NCBI GenBank assembly: GCA_950097015.1 | Contig: CATNEN010000011.1 | Location: forward strand, 6,386,001-6,450,000 | Source: Macrostomum hystrix | Lineage: Eukaryota > Animalia > Platyhelminthes | Reading direction: 5' to 3' | Length of the DNA: 64,000 nucleotides | In this document: piece after piece, positions 11,991-24,705 of the stretch | Numbering within the stretch: the stretch's first letter is position 1 | How the letters are laid out: each line of letters opens with the position of its first letter | Program-made: the position numbers and the translations under genes | Notes under the pieces: generated by a model | Told to the model about the DNA's origin: nothing | What the model saw: only the letters and a program-made list of their open reading frames with translations | Database searches by the model: none

Positions 11991-12479
11991 ATCCCAAAAA
12001 CACTGGCTGTTTTCTAATTGCCATATTCCAATTCCAAGTTACAAATTTAGCCTAAATTAAAATCGAAATAAGAAAAAAATTAAGTGAAGTCGTCAATGAA
12101 ATTCCTAAACAAACAAAGATAGCATATGATTTGCTAAAGCAAACAAGGAGACATAAAACATACACGAACAGGCAGAGTTAATTTGGTGGGAAACTATTTT
12201 TGGCATACTAAAGCAAACACTTTTGCTAGGGAATTTCTTGGGAATTTGCGCTTTTGCGTTGCTAAAGGCTGTGACAAAAATGAATGCACAAAGTTAGTAT
12301 GCTGCAAGTTTATGAAATTTCGAAAACATATTGTTTAAGTACTTATTGCCTCATATTACTAACGCATATTCTTATTACCCGTTTAAACGAATGCCCTTGG
12401 TAAACAAACAGCAAATCATCAGTGCGACTGAGAAAAAGAAAACAAGTACAATTAATGAAAAAAACTGATAATTAACAGA

Positions 12480-13070
12480 AAGCTACCAGTTACCTGCGAA
12501 AGCTACCAGCTACCTACCAAAGCTACCTGTTACCTACCAAAGCTACCTGTTACCTACCAAAGCTACCAATTACCTACCAAAGCTACCAGCTACCTACCAA
12601 AGCTACCAGCTACCTACCAAAGCTACCAGTTACCTACCAAAGCTACCAATTACCTACCAAAGCTACCAGCTACCTACCAAAGCTACCAGCTACCTACCAA
12701 AGCTACCTGTTACCTACCAAAGCTACCAATTACCTACCAAAGCTACCAGCTACCTACCAAAGCTACCAGCTACCTACCAAAGCTACCAGCTACCTACCAA
12801 AGCTACCAGTTACCAACCAAAGCTACCAATTACCTACCAAAGCTACCAGCTACCTACCAAAGCTACCAGCTACCTACCAAAGCTACCAGCTACCTACCAA
12901 AGCTACCAGTTACCTACCAAAGCTAGCAGTTACCTACCAAAGCTACCAGTTACCTACCAAAGCTACCAGTTACCTACCAAAGCTACCAGCTACCTACCAA
13001 AGCTAGCAGTTACCTACCAAAGCTAGCAGTTACCTACCAAAGCTACCAGTTACCTACCAAAGCGACCAGC
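12480..13070. repeat. 20-bp tandem repeat (~29 copies)
   Basis: unit aaagctaccagctacctacc. Confidence 0.95.
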
Positions 13071-13903
13071 TACCAGATACATTCCAAAGCAAGCTGTTTT
13101 CATTCAAAGCGCATCCGAAAAAAAATTAACTAATAAGTATTTTTGATAGGGGCGGAGTCTAGAATCAAAACAAGGAAATTGTTTTTGAAGGCGGGCACAA
13201 CATAAAAATCAACGCCGTTACGCCGATATAGAATGCACGAATAAATTGGAAATGCTAAACGGAAGACCGATTGCGACGAATCTTCACACACCGGATATAC
13301 TTCGGTACGGAAGTCCTTAACTGATTTCAAATGACATAAGAAACTCAGCAGATAGAGTAAGCTGCAGTCTTTTGTGCTGTCATGCAACTCGAAAAATAAT
13401 AAAGACAACCTAATATTTTACCTCCGTGGTAGAAATACCCACATATTATTTTCAATATCTCCTTAAATATTCGACCAATCATAAAAATCCAGAACAAGGA
13501 CTGGATTTCGGAAAAGTTTCCGCTCCAACCGATAAAACAACTCCCAGAATCACAAAACGTTGAGATATTCATTTTGTAAATGTTTATATAGGATTTTTCG
13601 TTTGATTTCATAAAATGGTCATCATTAAACGAATTATGGATTCGCCGTGCTTCATCAGAGCAGTGTTAGTTGTCACTAGGGTCTTCGACAAGAACCGCTG
13701 AATATATCGACGATGCTAAAACGTCGATCCCTCAAAATTTTGAGGCTTTTCTACTGTTACTCACCACAAAACTGAGCCAGATAGGCCATGCAAAAACTGC
13801 TATTAAAAATGATACTAAAGCAAACAAAAGCGAGCTCAAAGCACTCAAGTAGTTCTCTTCAAGGAAATTTATCCGCTTCTCAAAGCAGCTTCCCGTCTAT
13901 CAG

Positions 13904-16900
13904 TCAACGGGCCGCCGGTCGCACGGTGTACACCGGCCAAGCCTCATTGCCATCGTCTTCAAGATCCACACTGACAATTTCAAAGCTTCCAACGGACTGC
14001 TTGTTGGCGCCATTTGCATTGTCAGCGTCTTGGTCCAGACGGCAGCAACAGGCTAGTGGCGGCGTACCGGCCAAATCAATATCGTCTGGCATAGGGCGAA
14101 TCAATTCCGCATTGACGTCATCAAGAAATTCGCCTTCATCGATCAGCAGAACGCCGACAGATTTGGCATGCTCCTCAACCGATTCGATTCGAATGCGGCG
14201 CCACTGCGGGCCGCTGTTCGCGGAAGTATCTCCATGGCTGAGCAGGGCGCAGCTCTTCAGCACCAGGCAGCTGCCAGCGTCGCCATTCGGGCATTCATCC
14301 GGCACTGCAGCAAGAGCCGCGGCAAGGCGAAGTCGGGCACCGGCAGCCGTTCGACGCACGTAGAACTCTCCAAGTGTGTCTTCGCAAAAAATTTTGCCAG
14401 TTATAATGTCCCCGGCAGACAAGACCAGGTTCTCCTCCTCCTCCGCTGCTGCCTGATCAGCTGACATCTTGTCGCCATTCTCGGACTCCACGATAGTATT
14501 GTCGCCATCTTCAATGGCAATCTCCTCTGCCACGGCAATATCCTCAATCAGTTGCTCATCATCAGGTCCGACTTCATCGGCAGCCTCTTTAACTTCATCG
14601 TCGTTGTTAGCTTCTTCAGCAGCGTCCTCATCGACGGCGGCGGCTTCATCGTCGGCAGCCTCACTGTCGGTTGTAATCTCCATGAGGAAGTGATTTTCGG
14701 CATTGTCCAATTCGACAACAAACTCAGGCACATCAATTGACGGCGGGCGGACGGAAACGAGCAACGGTCTGTCGCTGTCCTCGGTGCGCCTAATCAGGGC
14801 CAGGTTGGCGTCCGCTTTGAAGCGACGGCCAGCCAGACAGTCGAGTCGGCAGCGCAGGGCGAAGGCCGGCTGGCGAAACACCTCGCCAGGCGGCAGGGAA
14901 CGTAGCTGGAAGTCGCCAGATTCAACGTTGCCGTAGTCAACGAACAGCACGCAGACTGGGCTGGATGGCGAGATCACGCGGGCTCGGTACCAGGCGCCCT
15001 CGTAGATGCCCATGCAGACGTCGCCTTCCTGAATGTCGGCTAGTGGCGCAGCGTCGGGGGCGGCAGCCTCTAAAGCCTCCTGCAGGCTGGCCAGAGCTTC
15101 CTGGTCCGAGTCGCGCTGCAGCCAGACTACGGCGCCGCGCCTGTCCTCGGCCAAGTCCGCAACGACTAGCACGGAGTCGAAAGCTACGACGCCTTCGATG
15201 TCATCCTTGCTGAGGTCAAAGTCTGGAATGATGTCGCGAATCACTTCCTCAGCGATGGCATCGAATACGGCTGCGGCGTCTTCGAATTCGATCTGGCCAT
15301 CGGCGGACACCGACAAGCGGATGCTGCTAGCCTGGGCTGCATCTTCATTGTCGCCTTCAAGCTCCTCAGCCTGTTCCGTCATTGCCACCAGCAGCTCGCC
15401 CGCGTTGGATTTGAACTTGCGACCGTCCGGAGGCGGGGCCAGCTCGGCACGATAGGCAAAAGCCGGCTGGGCGAAGGTTTCGTCTGATGGCAAACGGCGA
15501 ATCTGCGGCGAGGCGAGAAAAGACGGTGCTTTATCAACTGTAAGGGACTGTTACCAATGTGTAATCACCAACTGTAGGGACTGTTACCAATGTGTAATCA
15601 CCAACTGTAAGGGACTGTTACCAATGTGTAATCACCAACTGTAGGGACTGTAACCAATGTGTAATCACCAACTGTAGGGACTGTTACCAATGTGTAATCA
15701 CCAACTGTAGGGACTGTTACCAATGTGTAATCACCAACTGTAAGGGACTGTTACCAATGTGTAATCACCAACTGTAAGGGACTGTTACCAATGTGTAATC
15801 ACCAACTGTAGGGACTGTTACCAATGTGTAATCACCAACTGTAAGGGACTGTTACCAATGTGTAATCACCAACTGTAGGGACTGTTACCAATGTGTAATC
15901 ACCAACTGTAAGGGACTGTTACCAATGTGTAATCACCAACTGTAAGGGACTGTTACCAATGTGTAATCACCAACTGTAGGGACTGTTACCAATGTGTAAT
16001 CACCAACTGTAAGGGACTGTTACCAATGTGTAATCACCAACTGTAAGGGACTGTTACCAATGTGTAATCACCAACTGTAAGGGACTGTTACCAATGTGTA
16101 ATCACCAACTGTAAGGGACTGTTACCAATGTGTAATCACCAACTGTAAGGGACTGTTACCAATGTGTAATCACCAACTGTAAGGGACTGTTACCAATGTG
16201 TAATCACCAACTGTAAGGGACTGTTACCAATGTGTAATCAGCAACTGTAAGGGACTGTTACCAATGTGTAATCATCAACTGTAAGGGACTGTTACCAATG
16301 TGTAATCACCAACTGTAAGGGACTGTTACCAATGTGTAATCATCAACTGTAAGGGACTGTTACCAATGTGTAATCATCAACTGTAAGGAACTGTTAGCAA
16401 CGGAAATGGCAATCACCTGCTGGAAGGAGCCACCAAGACTATTAGTCTCTGTATTGCCATAGTCAATGTAGGTCAGAATGGCGGTAGCAGAGTCCTGGTC
16501 AATGGATTCGACCCTTGCTCGGTACCAGGCATCCTCGTAGTGACCAATGCAAAAGTCACCGACAGCCAATTCGCCATAGAAACCGACGGACGCCGCGGCG
16601 GCAGGCTCGAGTGCTTCCAATAGTTGGTCCAGTTCAGCTTGCCGATCCGAGCGCTGAAGCCAAACTATCAGACGGCCGTTCGCGCCAACCGAAGCCACAG
16701 AAATAGTCGCGTCGAATGGACCTGAGCCCGCAATATTCTGCGGATTGGAGAGGCAGTTGTATGACTAATTTAGTTAGTGCAGGGTTGTATGACCAATTTA
16801 GTGAGTGTAGGGTTGTATGACCAATTTAGTGAATGTAGGGTTGTATGACTAATTTAGTTAGTGCAGGGTTGTATGACTAATTTAGTTAGTGCAGGGTTGT

Positions 16901-19900
16901 ATGACTAATTTAGTTAGTGCAGGGTTGTATGACCAATTTAGAGAGTGTAGGGTTGTATGACCAATTTAGTGAATGTAGGGTTGTATGACCAATTTAGTGA
17001 GTGTAGGGTTGCATGACCAATTTAGTGAGTGTAGGGTTGTATGACCAATTTAGTGAATGTAGGGTTATATGACCAATTTAGTGAGTGTAGGGTTGCATGA
17101 CCAATTTAGTGAGTGTAGGGTTGCATGACTAATTTAGTGAATGTAGGGTTGTATGACCAATTTAGTGAATGTAGGGTTGTATGACCAATTTAGTGAGTGT
17201 AGGGTTGCATGACCAATTTAGTGAGTGTAGGGTTGCATGACCAATTTAAAGAGTGTAGGGTTCAATGACCTAATTAGAGATTGTAGGGTTCAATGACCTA
17301 ATTAGAGATTGTAGGGTTCAATGACCAATGAAAGATTGAAGGGTTGCATGACCAAGTTAGAGATTGTTGGATTTTAGGGTAATGAGCAAAAATTTAAGAA
17401 TGATAAGGATCAACAGACCTCAGCCTGGTCAATAAAAATCCGGCGCCTTGGAATGGCCAGCGGTACGTCAAGCCTTGGCAGATGCTGCAGCACATCTTTT
17501 TCGTTGATTGACAGGCGCACGCGTACAGGCCGGACATTGTCCAACTGATCGTAGGCGAACTCGACGGTCAAACCATTCCGGTTCAGCAGCTTCTTGAAGC
17601 TAGCCAGTGCGTCTGGGCCGTAAAAAATGTGCTCACAGTCGGCTAGAGCACACTCCAATGCCGCAGCTGGAGTTGACGACAGCAGGCCGTCCCGTTGCTT
17701 GGCAACGCACACAAACTCAGCTGGCACCACGGCACAATTTCCATAGTCGATAAATTTAACTAAACAGGATGAATCGTTGGGCCGGGCTAGTGCTGTCGCT
17801 CGGTACCATTCGCCATCATCTGGGTGCATCGCCAAGCAGATGGCCGGGCAGCTTGATGGCTCGATGGGTTCCGACTTTAGAGCAAGCGCCTTCAGCAGCA
17901 CTGTCTGTACAACCAGGGTAGCAGGTTGGGCGGTTGCTATGGCATTGCTATGGGCTCACTAACATCTAGATCTTGATAAAAGCTTAATTTTATTGCAAAG
18001 CTTTAAGTTTAGTTAAAAATAAAGTGACAATAGCCACTGAAGTACTGGGGAAGGTGACAATAGCCACTGAAGTACTGGGGAAGGTGACAATAGAGACTGA
18101 AGTACTGGGGAAGGTGACAATAGCCACTGAAGTACTGGGGAAGGTGACAATAGCCACTGAAGTACTGGGGAAGGTGACAATAGAGACTGAAGTACTGGGG
18201 AAGGTGACAATAGCCACTGAAGTACTGGGGAAGGTGACAATAGCCACTGAAGTACTGGGGAAGGTGACAATAGACACTGAAGTACTGGGGAAGATGACAA
18301 TAGACACTGAAGTACTGAGGAAGGTGACAATAGACACTGAAGTACTGGGGAAGGTGACAATAGCCACTGAAGTACTGGGGAAGGTGACAATAGACACTGA
18401 AGTACTGGGGAAGGTGACAATAGCCACTGAAGTACTGGGGAAGGTGACAATAGACACTGAAGTACTGGGGAAGGTGACAATAGACACTGAAGTACTGGGG
18501 AAGGTGACAATAGACACTGAAGTACTGGGGAAGGTGACAATAGCCACTGAAGTACTGGGGAAGGTGACAATAGCCACTGAAGTACTGAGGAGGGAGATGA
18601 CAATAGACACTGAAGTACTGGGGAAGATGACAATAGACACTGAAGTACTGGGGAAGGTGACAATAGACACTGAAGTACTGAGGAGGGAGATGACAATAGA
18701 CACTGAAGTACTGGGGAAGATGACAATAGACACTGAAGTACTGGGGAAGATGACAATAGACACTGAAGTACTGGGGAAGGTGACAATAGACACTGAAGTA
18801 CTGGGGAAGGTGACAATAGACACTGAAGTACTGGGGAAGGTGACAATAGACACTGAAGTACTGGGGAAGGTGACAATAGACACTGAAGTACTGGGGAAGG
18901 TGACAATAGACACTGAAGTACTGGGGAAGATGACAATAGACACTGAAGTACTGGGGAAGGTGACAATAGACACTGAAGTACTGGGGAAGGTGACAATAGA
19001 CACTGAAGTACTGGGGAAGGTGACAATAGACACTGAAGTACTGGGGAAGGTGACAATAGACACTGAAGTACTGGGGAAGATGACAATAGACACTGAAGTA
19101 CTGGGGAAGATGACAATAGACACTGAAGTACTGGGGAAGATGACAATAGACACTGAAGTACTGGGGAAGGTGACAATAGACACTGAAGTACTGGGGAAGA
19201 TGACAATAGACACTGAAGTACTGGGGAAGGTGACAATAGACACTGAAGTACTGGGGAAGATGACAATAGACACTGAAGTACTGGGGAAGGTGACAATAGA
19301 CACTGAAGTACTGGGGAAGATGACAATAGACACTGAAGTACTGGGGAAGGTGACAATAGACACTGAAGTACTGGGGAAGATGACAATAGACACTGAAGTA
19401 CTGGGGAAGGTGACAATAGACACTGAAGTACTGAGGAGGGAGGTGACAATAGACACTGAAGTACTGGGGAAGATGACAATAGACACTGAAGTACTGGGGA
19501 AGGTGACAATGGACACTGAAGTACTGGGGAAGATGACAATAGACACTGAAGTACTGGGGAAGGTGACAATGGACACTGAAGTACTGGGGAAGATGACAAT
19601 AGCAACTGAAGTACTGGGGAAGGTGACAATGGACACTGAAGTACTGGGGAAGGTGACAATAGACACTGAAGTACTGGGGAAGATGACAATGGACACTGAA
19701 GTACTGCACCTGTCCAATCTCTCACCTGCTTGTTCAGCCAGGTCAGTTCATCTTTGGGCACCATGAAGAAGCAGGTCAGGCTCTCGATGTGCACAATTTG
19801 AGCGGGAATTTTAGTGCCGGCTGGGGGCACGACAACGGCTGAGAATGCGGGATTGTGCGGGTCTCCACTGCCGTTCACTAGTGCCTGTTTACCTGTTGAC

Positions 19901-19902
19901 AT
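13904..19902 (-). CDS. Multi-Tudor (four extended Tudor domains) TDRD-type protein, ~860 aa
   Basis: Exons 19902-19726, 17904-17419, 16737-16417, 15502-13904 (all phase 0). Tudor motifs DGEWYRA..FIDYGN, EDAWYRA..YIDYGN, EGAWYRA..FVDYGN, and degenerate QWRRIR..LIDEGE; SN-like flanks (PAFALRCRL, PPLACCCRL). Start codon uncertain. Confidence 0.88.
15533..16395. repeat. 33/34-bp tandem repeat filling Tudor intron 3
   Basis: unit caactgtaagggactgttaccaatgtgtaatcac. Confidence 0.95.
16757..17340. repeat. 28-bp tandem repeat filling Tudor intron 2
   Basis: unit agggttgtatgaccaatttagtgagtgt, degenerating rightwards. Confidence 0.93.
18024..19705. repeat. 30-bp tandem repeat (~56 copies) filling Tudor intron 1
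   Basis: unit gtgacaatagacactgaagtactggggaag; occasional 32-bp variants. Confidence 0.97.
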
Positions 19903-20259
19903 CCCTGTGCCTTATTTATCGATCGCAGTTGCTATGGTGATACTGGCAGCTGATTATTTTCTTAACCTGCCGCTACGGCTAGAAGGAAAGGGGCGTTTTA
20001 GCAAACTAATTTTTTAGATAAACAATTATGTGAGCAAAACAATCAATGCTACTAAAGTACATTTTACCTGTTGACATCAAATACAATTCTGGCAACTATA
20101 ACTCATGCGATTCCGTCTAAAATTCCGAATGCAATTCTACCTCCGATACCTCGTGTAATTTTAGCTTCTTTTTTCGGCGATTCCAGCTAGGTTTTCTACA
20201 CTATTCAAGCTTCGTTTTCTGATGCGATTCTAGCTTATTTGCTACGGCGAGCCTCGTCT

Positions 20260-21450
20260 CCTAGAGAGATTCCAGCTTCGTTTCCAATGGCCATTCCAGC
20301 TTCGTTTCCTACGGCGATTCCAGCTTCGTTTCCAATGGCCATTCCAGCTTCGTTTCCTACGGCGATTCCAGCTTCGTTTCCAATGGCCATTCCAGCTTCG
20401 TTTCCTACGGCGATTCCAGCTTCGTTTCCAATGGCCATTCCAGCTTCGTTTCCAATGGCCATTCCAGCTTTGTTTCCAATGGCCATTCCAGCCTCGTTTC
20501 CAATGGCCATTTCAGCTTCGTTTCCTACGGCGATTTCAGCTTCGTTTCCTACGGCGATTCCAGCTTCGTTTCCAATGGCCATTCCAGCTTGGTTTCCTAC
20601 GGTGATTCCAGCTTCGTTTCCTACGGCGATTCCAGCTTCGTTTTCTACGGCGATTCCAGCTTCGCTTCCTACGGCGATTCCAGCTTCGTTTCCTAGGGCG
20701 ATTCCAGCTTCGTTTCCTACGGTGATTCCAGCTTCGTTTCCTACGGCGATTCCAGCTTCGTTTTCTACGGCGATTCCAGCTTTGTTTCCTAAAGCAATTC
20801 CAGCTTCGTTTCCTAGGGCGATTCCAGCTTCGTTTCCTAAAGCGATTCCAGCTTCGTTTCCTAAAGCGATTCCAGCTTCGTTTCCTACGGCGATTCCAGC
20901 TTCGCTTCCTACGGCGATTCCAGCTTCGTTTCCTACGGCGATTCCAGCTTCGTTTTCTACGGCGATTCCAGCTTCGTTTCCTACGGCGATTCCAGCTTCG
21001 CTTCCTACGGCGATTCCAGCTTCGTATCCTATGGCGATTCCAGCTTTGTTTCCTACGGCGATTCCAGCTTCGTTTCCTACGGCGATTCCAGCTTCGCTTC
21101 CTACGGCGATTCCAGCTTCGTATCCTATGGCGATTCCAGCTTTGTTTCCTACGGCGATTCCAGCTTCGTTTCCTACGGCGATTCCAGCTTCGTATCCTAT
21201 GGCGATTCCAGCTTCGTTTCCTACGGCGATTCCAGCTTCGTTTCCTACGGCGATTCCAGCTTCGCTTCCTACGGCGATTCCAGCTTCGTATCCTATGGCG
21301 ATTCCACCTTTTTTGCCTACGGCGATTCTAGCTTCGTTGCCTACGGCGATTCCAGCTTCATGTCCTAGGGCGATTCCAGCTTCGTTTCCAACGGCGATCC
21401 CAGCTTCGTTTCCTATGGCGATTCCAGCTTCGTTTCCTTATGGCGATTCC
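20260..21450. repeat. 24-bp tandem repeat (~50 copies), intergenic
   Basis: unit gattccagcttcgtttcctacggc. Confidence 0.95.
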
Positions 21451-21849
21451 AGCTACGTTTTCTATGGTAGAGCTTCGTTTCCTACGATGACTGTAGCTAG
21501 ATTTCAGATGGAGATTTTAACTATTTTTCCTAGGACGATTTTTGAAGCTTCTAACAGGGTTAGCAACGCTTTAAACTGAAATTCCGGATATAAAAAATAT
21601 TTAAAAAATTTAAGAGTAAAGAAGCCAAGTAGCAAAAATTTGTTAAAATCTACAAATTGTTATATATTTTGAATACACACAATCTGGACTGTGTACATCA
21701 AAAATGCAGATTTTCACCTAATAGTGTTGCGTTCAGGCAGTAGATAGTTTTATACTGATCTTTAAGTTTGGTGTCTTAAAAGTATATCGATCAAAAAATC
21801 TTTTATACCAGACTAAAATGAGAACAGCAATCGGATTGCTTTGAGCACA

Positions 21850-22299
21850 CTATTTCTCATCGGAGCTGGACTCCTTGTTGCCCACAGCAGCATAGAAGCA
21901 GCCAATTGTGATACACATAATACACACAGCCTGTGCGCCAACGCGCAATTGAATCAGGTAGAGCTGCAGCGGCAGCTTGCGACTGCGCACTCGCATTAGA
22001 TAATAGCCGACTAGCCCAAGCCACAGGCCGCATCCCATAGCGCCAAGTTTATTATCTTTCAGTCGCTTCAACCAGAGCGCCTCAATGTGCTCGGCAGCGT
22101 CCTCGCTGCTATCCAGACTACTAGCAGTAGGAACAGAAGTTTTGTTCGATTTTAATGCTCTGCGCGCTTCGGAAAGCCTTTTAGCCTCGTCAGCAGACAT
22201 AATACTGCGCCGCTGAGCTTGACTTTGAGCACCTTCGTTAGAATCCGATGAGGCGTGCGCCAGTGCGCGCTTCAGGCCCACAAGCTTGGCTAACAGCAT
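21850..22299 (-). CDS. HIGD1A: HIG1-domain (hypoxia-induced gene 1) mitochondrial inner-membrane protein, intronless, 149 aa
   Basis: KDNKLGAMGCGLWLGLVGYYL (TM1) and LQLYLIQLRVGAQAVCIMCITIG (TM2, resembling HIGD1A LIHMRVAAQ); acceptor actttcag 25 nt upstream of the ATG. Confidence 0.8.
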   Translation of the reverse strand: MLLAKLVGLKRALAHASSDSNEGAQSQAQRRSIMSADEAKRLSEARRALKSNKTSVPTASSLDSSEDAAEHIEALWLKRLKDNKLGAMGCGLWLGLVGYYLMRVRSRKLPLQLYLIQLRVGAQAVCIMCITIGCFYAAVGNKESSSDEK

Positions 22300-23469
22300 G
22301 CCTAATGCTAAATTGATGAGGCTACTGAAAGTAGGAATACTTTTATGATTGAACTGGGCAAAATTGTGATGCCTAAAAACACAGGCAGTTTATAAAAAAG
22401 CACTACACTCAGCATAACAAAATATAACTGAGCAGCTGTGCTTCATTCATATTGGTTTAAATTAAAAATGTGAATGACTTCTGTCAACCTAGTGCTTTGA
22501 ATGCCAATATAAATTCAACCAACTGTCCAACATTAAACATTTTTTCTGACAGAGAGCAATAAAAAATAGATAAAATTATCAGCTTTTTCAATTACCATCA
22601 ATGGCCTTGTAAATGGAGGACACGTGTCCTGAGTGCAACTGAACAATTTCATAATAATGACATGCTCTGAACTGCGATAAGTGACAACATAAGTACTATT
22701 GCCTTTACTTGAGTGGTAAGTGAAATCAATATTTGATCTACATGAATGACTAAAATGTAGCTTGTATTGTCAATATTACCTGCTACTTTTTTATATAAAT
22801 AGATAGTACATCTGCTTCAGTCTGTTTAGCATAATTATCTTTAAGTTCAGGTTAAACAAAATCTATTCTTGAGGGTGGATCTAGCACTGTTATGTGACTA
22901 GAGTTTTTGGGTTTATACTATTGCTGCTATTTCATTATACAAGTCACAACTATCTTATGTCAATAATACATATATATGCAACAAATACCATCTCTTTTCA
23001 AATACATGAATACACTCCATATATGCCAATGCCTTGAAATATACATCGGTCATGCATGCTATTTAAGCCAGTGTAAGGCAGTTTTTAAAGTGGCATTTCT
23101 AAGAAACAACACAGTAAAAATGATATTTTGTTATAAATTGTGACTTTTCTCTTAAAAGTGTCTTAAATGAAACAATGAATATTTGTTATACCATGTAAAA
23201 CTTTGTTTAATTTATCTGCCATTTTTAATAGAAACTATTTATTTTTAGTAAAAATATAGAAAAGTCAAGCAAAATAAAATTAACTTGTGGTTTCATACCA
23301 CATTTGTATACAATACTCACTGGAATTGTTCTTTCATTCTTAATAAAACATATGGAGAAAATTACAAAGAGAATTAAAGAGAAAGTATAAAGTATTTCTG
23401 TACACTTGAGATCATTGGTAACACTCTTGGGAAAGCCTATACTCAGAAATCCATATAGGCAATTTAGTA

Positions 23470-24705
23470 CAAGAGGCACTAAAAAGTTCTGAGCCTGAAC
23501 CAAGATCTTATAGTGGCAAAGTGCTGAAACTCCAGGCTCTAAAAGTGCCACATGTTCCCAAGTCCCACTGTACCATTATTTTTACAGCACCAAAAGGCAT
23601 TTTCTCGAGAATTGAAGCTTGAGCACAGGGCAGTGGTCAAACTTTTGACTCTGGAAGGCTCAAAGCCTACTGGTGTGTACCCTGATGCTGCCCCTCATAC
23701 GCAACCATCAAGCACTAGGCAGCTGAGTTCAAGTGGGGCCACCGCGACTTGCTTGAAGATGACCCCTGTCGTGGATGACCACAGACTGCTGTCATTGCCC
23801 ACAATATCCAGTGCATCTAGGCTCTGGTTGACAGTGACTGGCAGGTGAAAGTCAGGGAACTTCCGGAAGACACTGGACTGTCTGACCAGCAAGTCATTGA
23901 GAACCTGCACCAGCATCTTTATCTGTCCAAGGTTTCTGCCAGATGGATCCCACAATTCTTGACAAGGGACCAAAAGACTACACAGGTGCAGCACTCAAAG
24001 CTTGTCCTGGACTCCTATGATCCAGACCCTGCCAACTTTCTGTCCTGCTACATGACTGGGGATTAGATATGGATCAATCACCATGATCCAAGATCCACAA
24101 GTCCAAGCAAGAGTCCAAGCAGTGGCTGCCAGTTGGTTCACCTGTACCACTAAAGGCACGGACTGCATGCAGTGTGGACAAGATTATGCTGATGGACATC
24201 TTCTGGGATGCCAAGGGCACACTGCTACTGGACTTTCTAACGCATTAGCAGGTCACAGGCACCTACTACGCTGACCTGATCGCCCATCTGCATGAGGCAA
24301 TCAAGGTAAATAGGCGAGGGATGCTGAGCTGTGTTAATGTGCTGCCACACAACAATGCGCCAGCCCACACCAGCAGGATTGCCAAAGCTGCTGTCAGTAG
24401 TGCAGTGTTGCGAGAGCTGCCACACCTGGCCTATTCACTAGACCTGGCCCCAAGCAACGTCCACCTGTTTCCACATCTCAAGCAGGCGCTTGGTAGACAG
24501 CAATTTGACACTGATGACACACTGAAGGATGCTGCAACTGTTTGGTTTGAGGGCTGCTTGGTGCAATTCTTCTAGAGTGACATTGAGGTGCTGCAATCAT
24601 AAGTGCATCTTGGTTGTGGGAGACTATGTTGAGAAAAGCTGATCTCACTGCCCATTACATATCTCTCTTTCATATTGAGGCTCAAAACTTTAATAGTGCC
24701 CCTTG
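23470..24705 (+). mobile_element. Full-length (~1.24 kb) inactive mariner transposon
   Basis: TIRs caagaggcactaaaaagttctgagcct and aggctcaaaactttaatagtgccccttg flanked by TA; disrupted transposase motifs EHRAVVKLL (HTH), WIPQFLT (WVPHEL), MTGD*IW, HNNAPAH, YSLDLAPSN (YSPDLAP), with stops and frameshifts. Confidence 0.92.

Noticed and set aside
14168-15455. Several plus-strand ORFs antisense to the Tudor last exon (and similar ones over the CPEB1 and ITPR exons)
   Set aside because: Shadow ORFs expected opposite GC-rich coding sequence
17990-19766. Four 560-630 aa ORFs (PSTSVSIVTF, QYFSVYCHLP, PVLQCLLSPS, TEVLGKVTID repeats)
   Set aside because: Artefacts of a stop-free 30-bp satellite lying in a phase-consistent GT-AG intron (19725-17905) of the Tudor gene
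20235-21579. 446-aa AIPASFPT-repeat ORF
   Set aside because: Translation of a 24-bp minisatellite, with no unique domain or splice support
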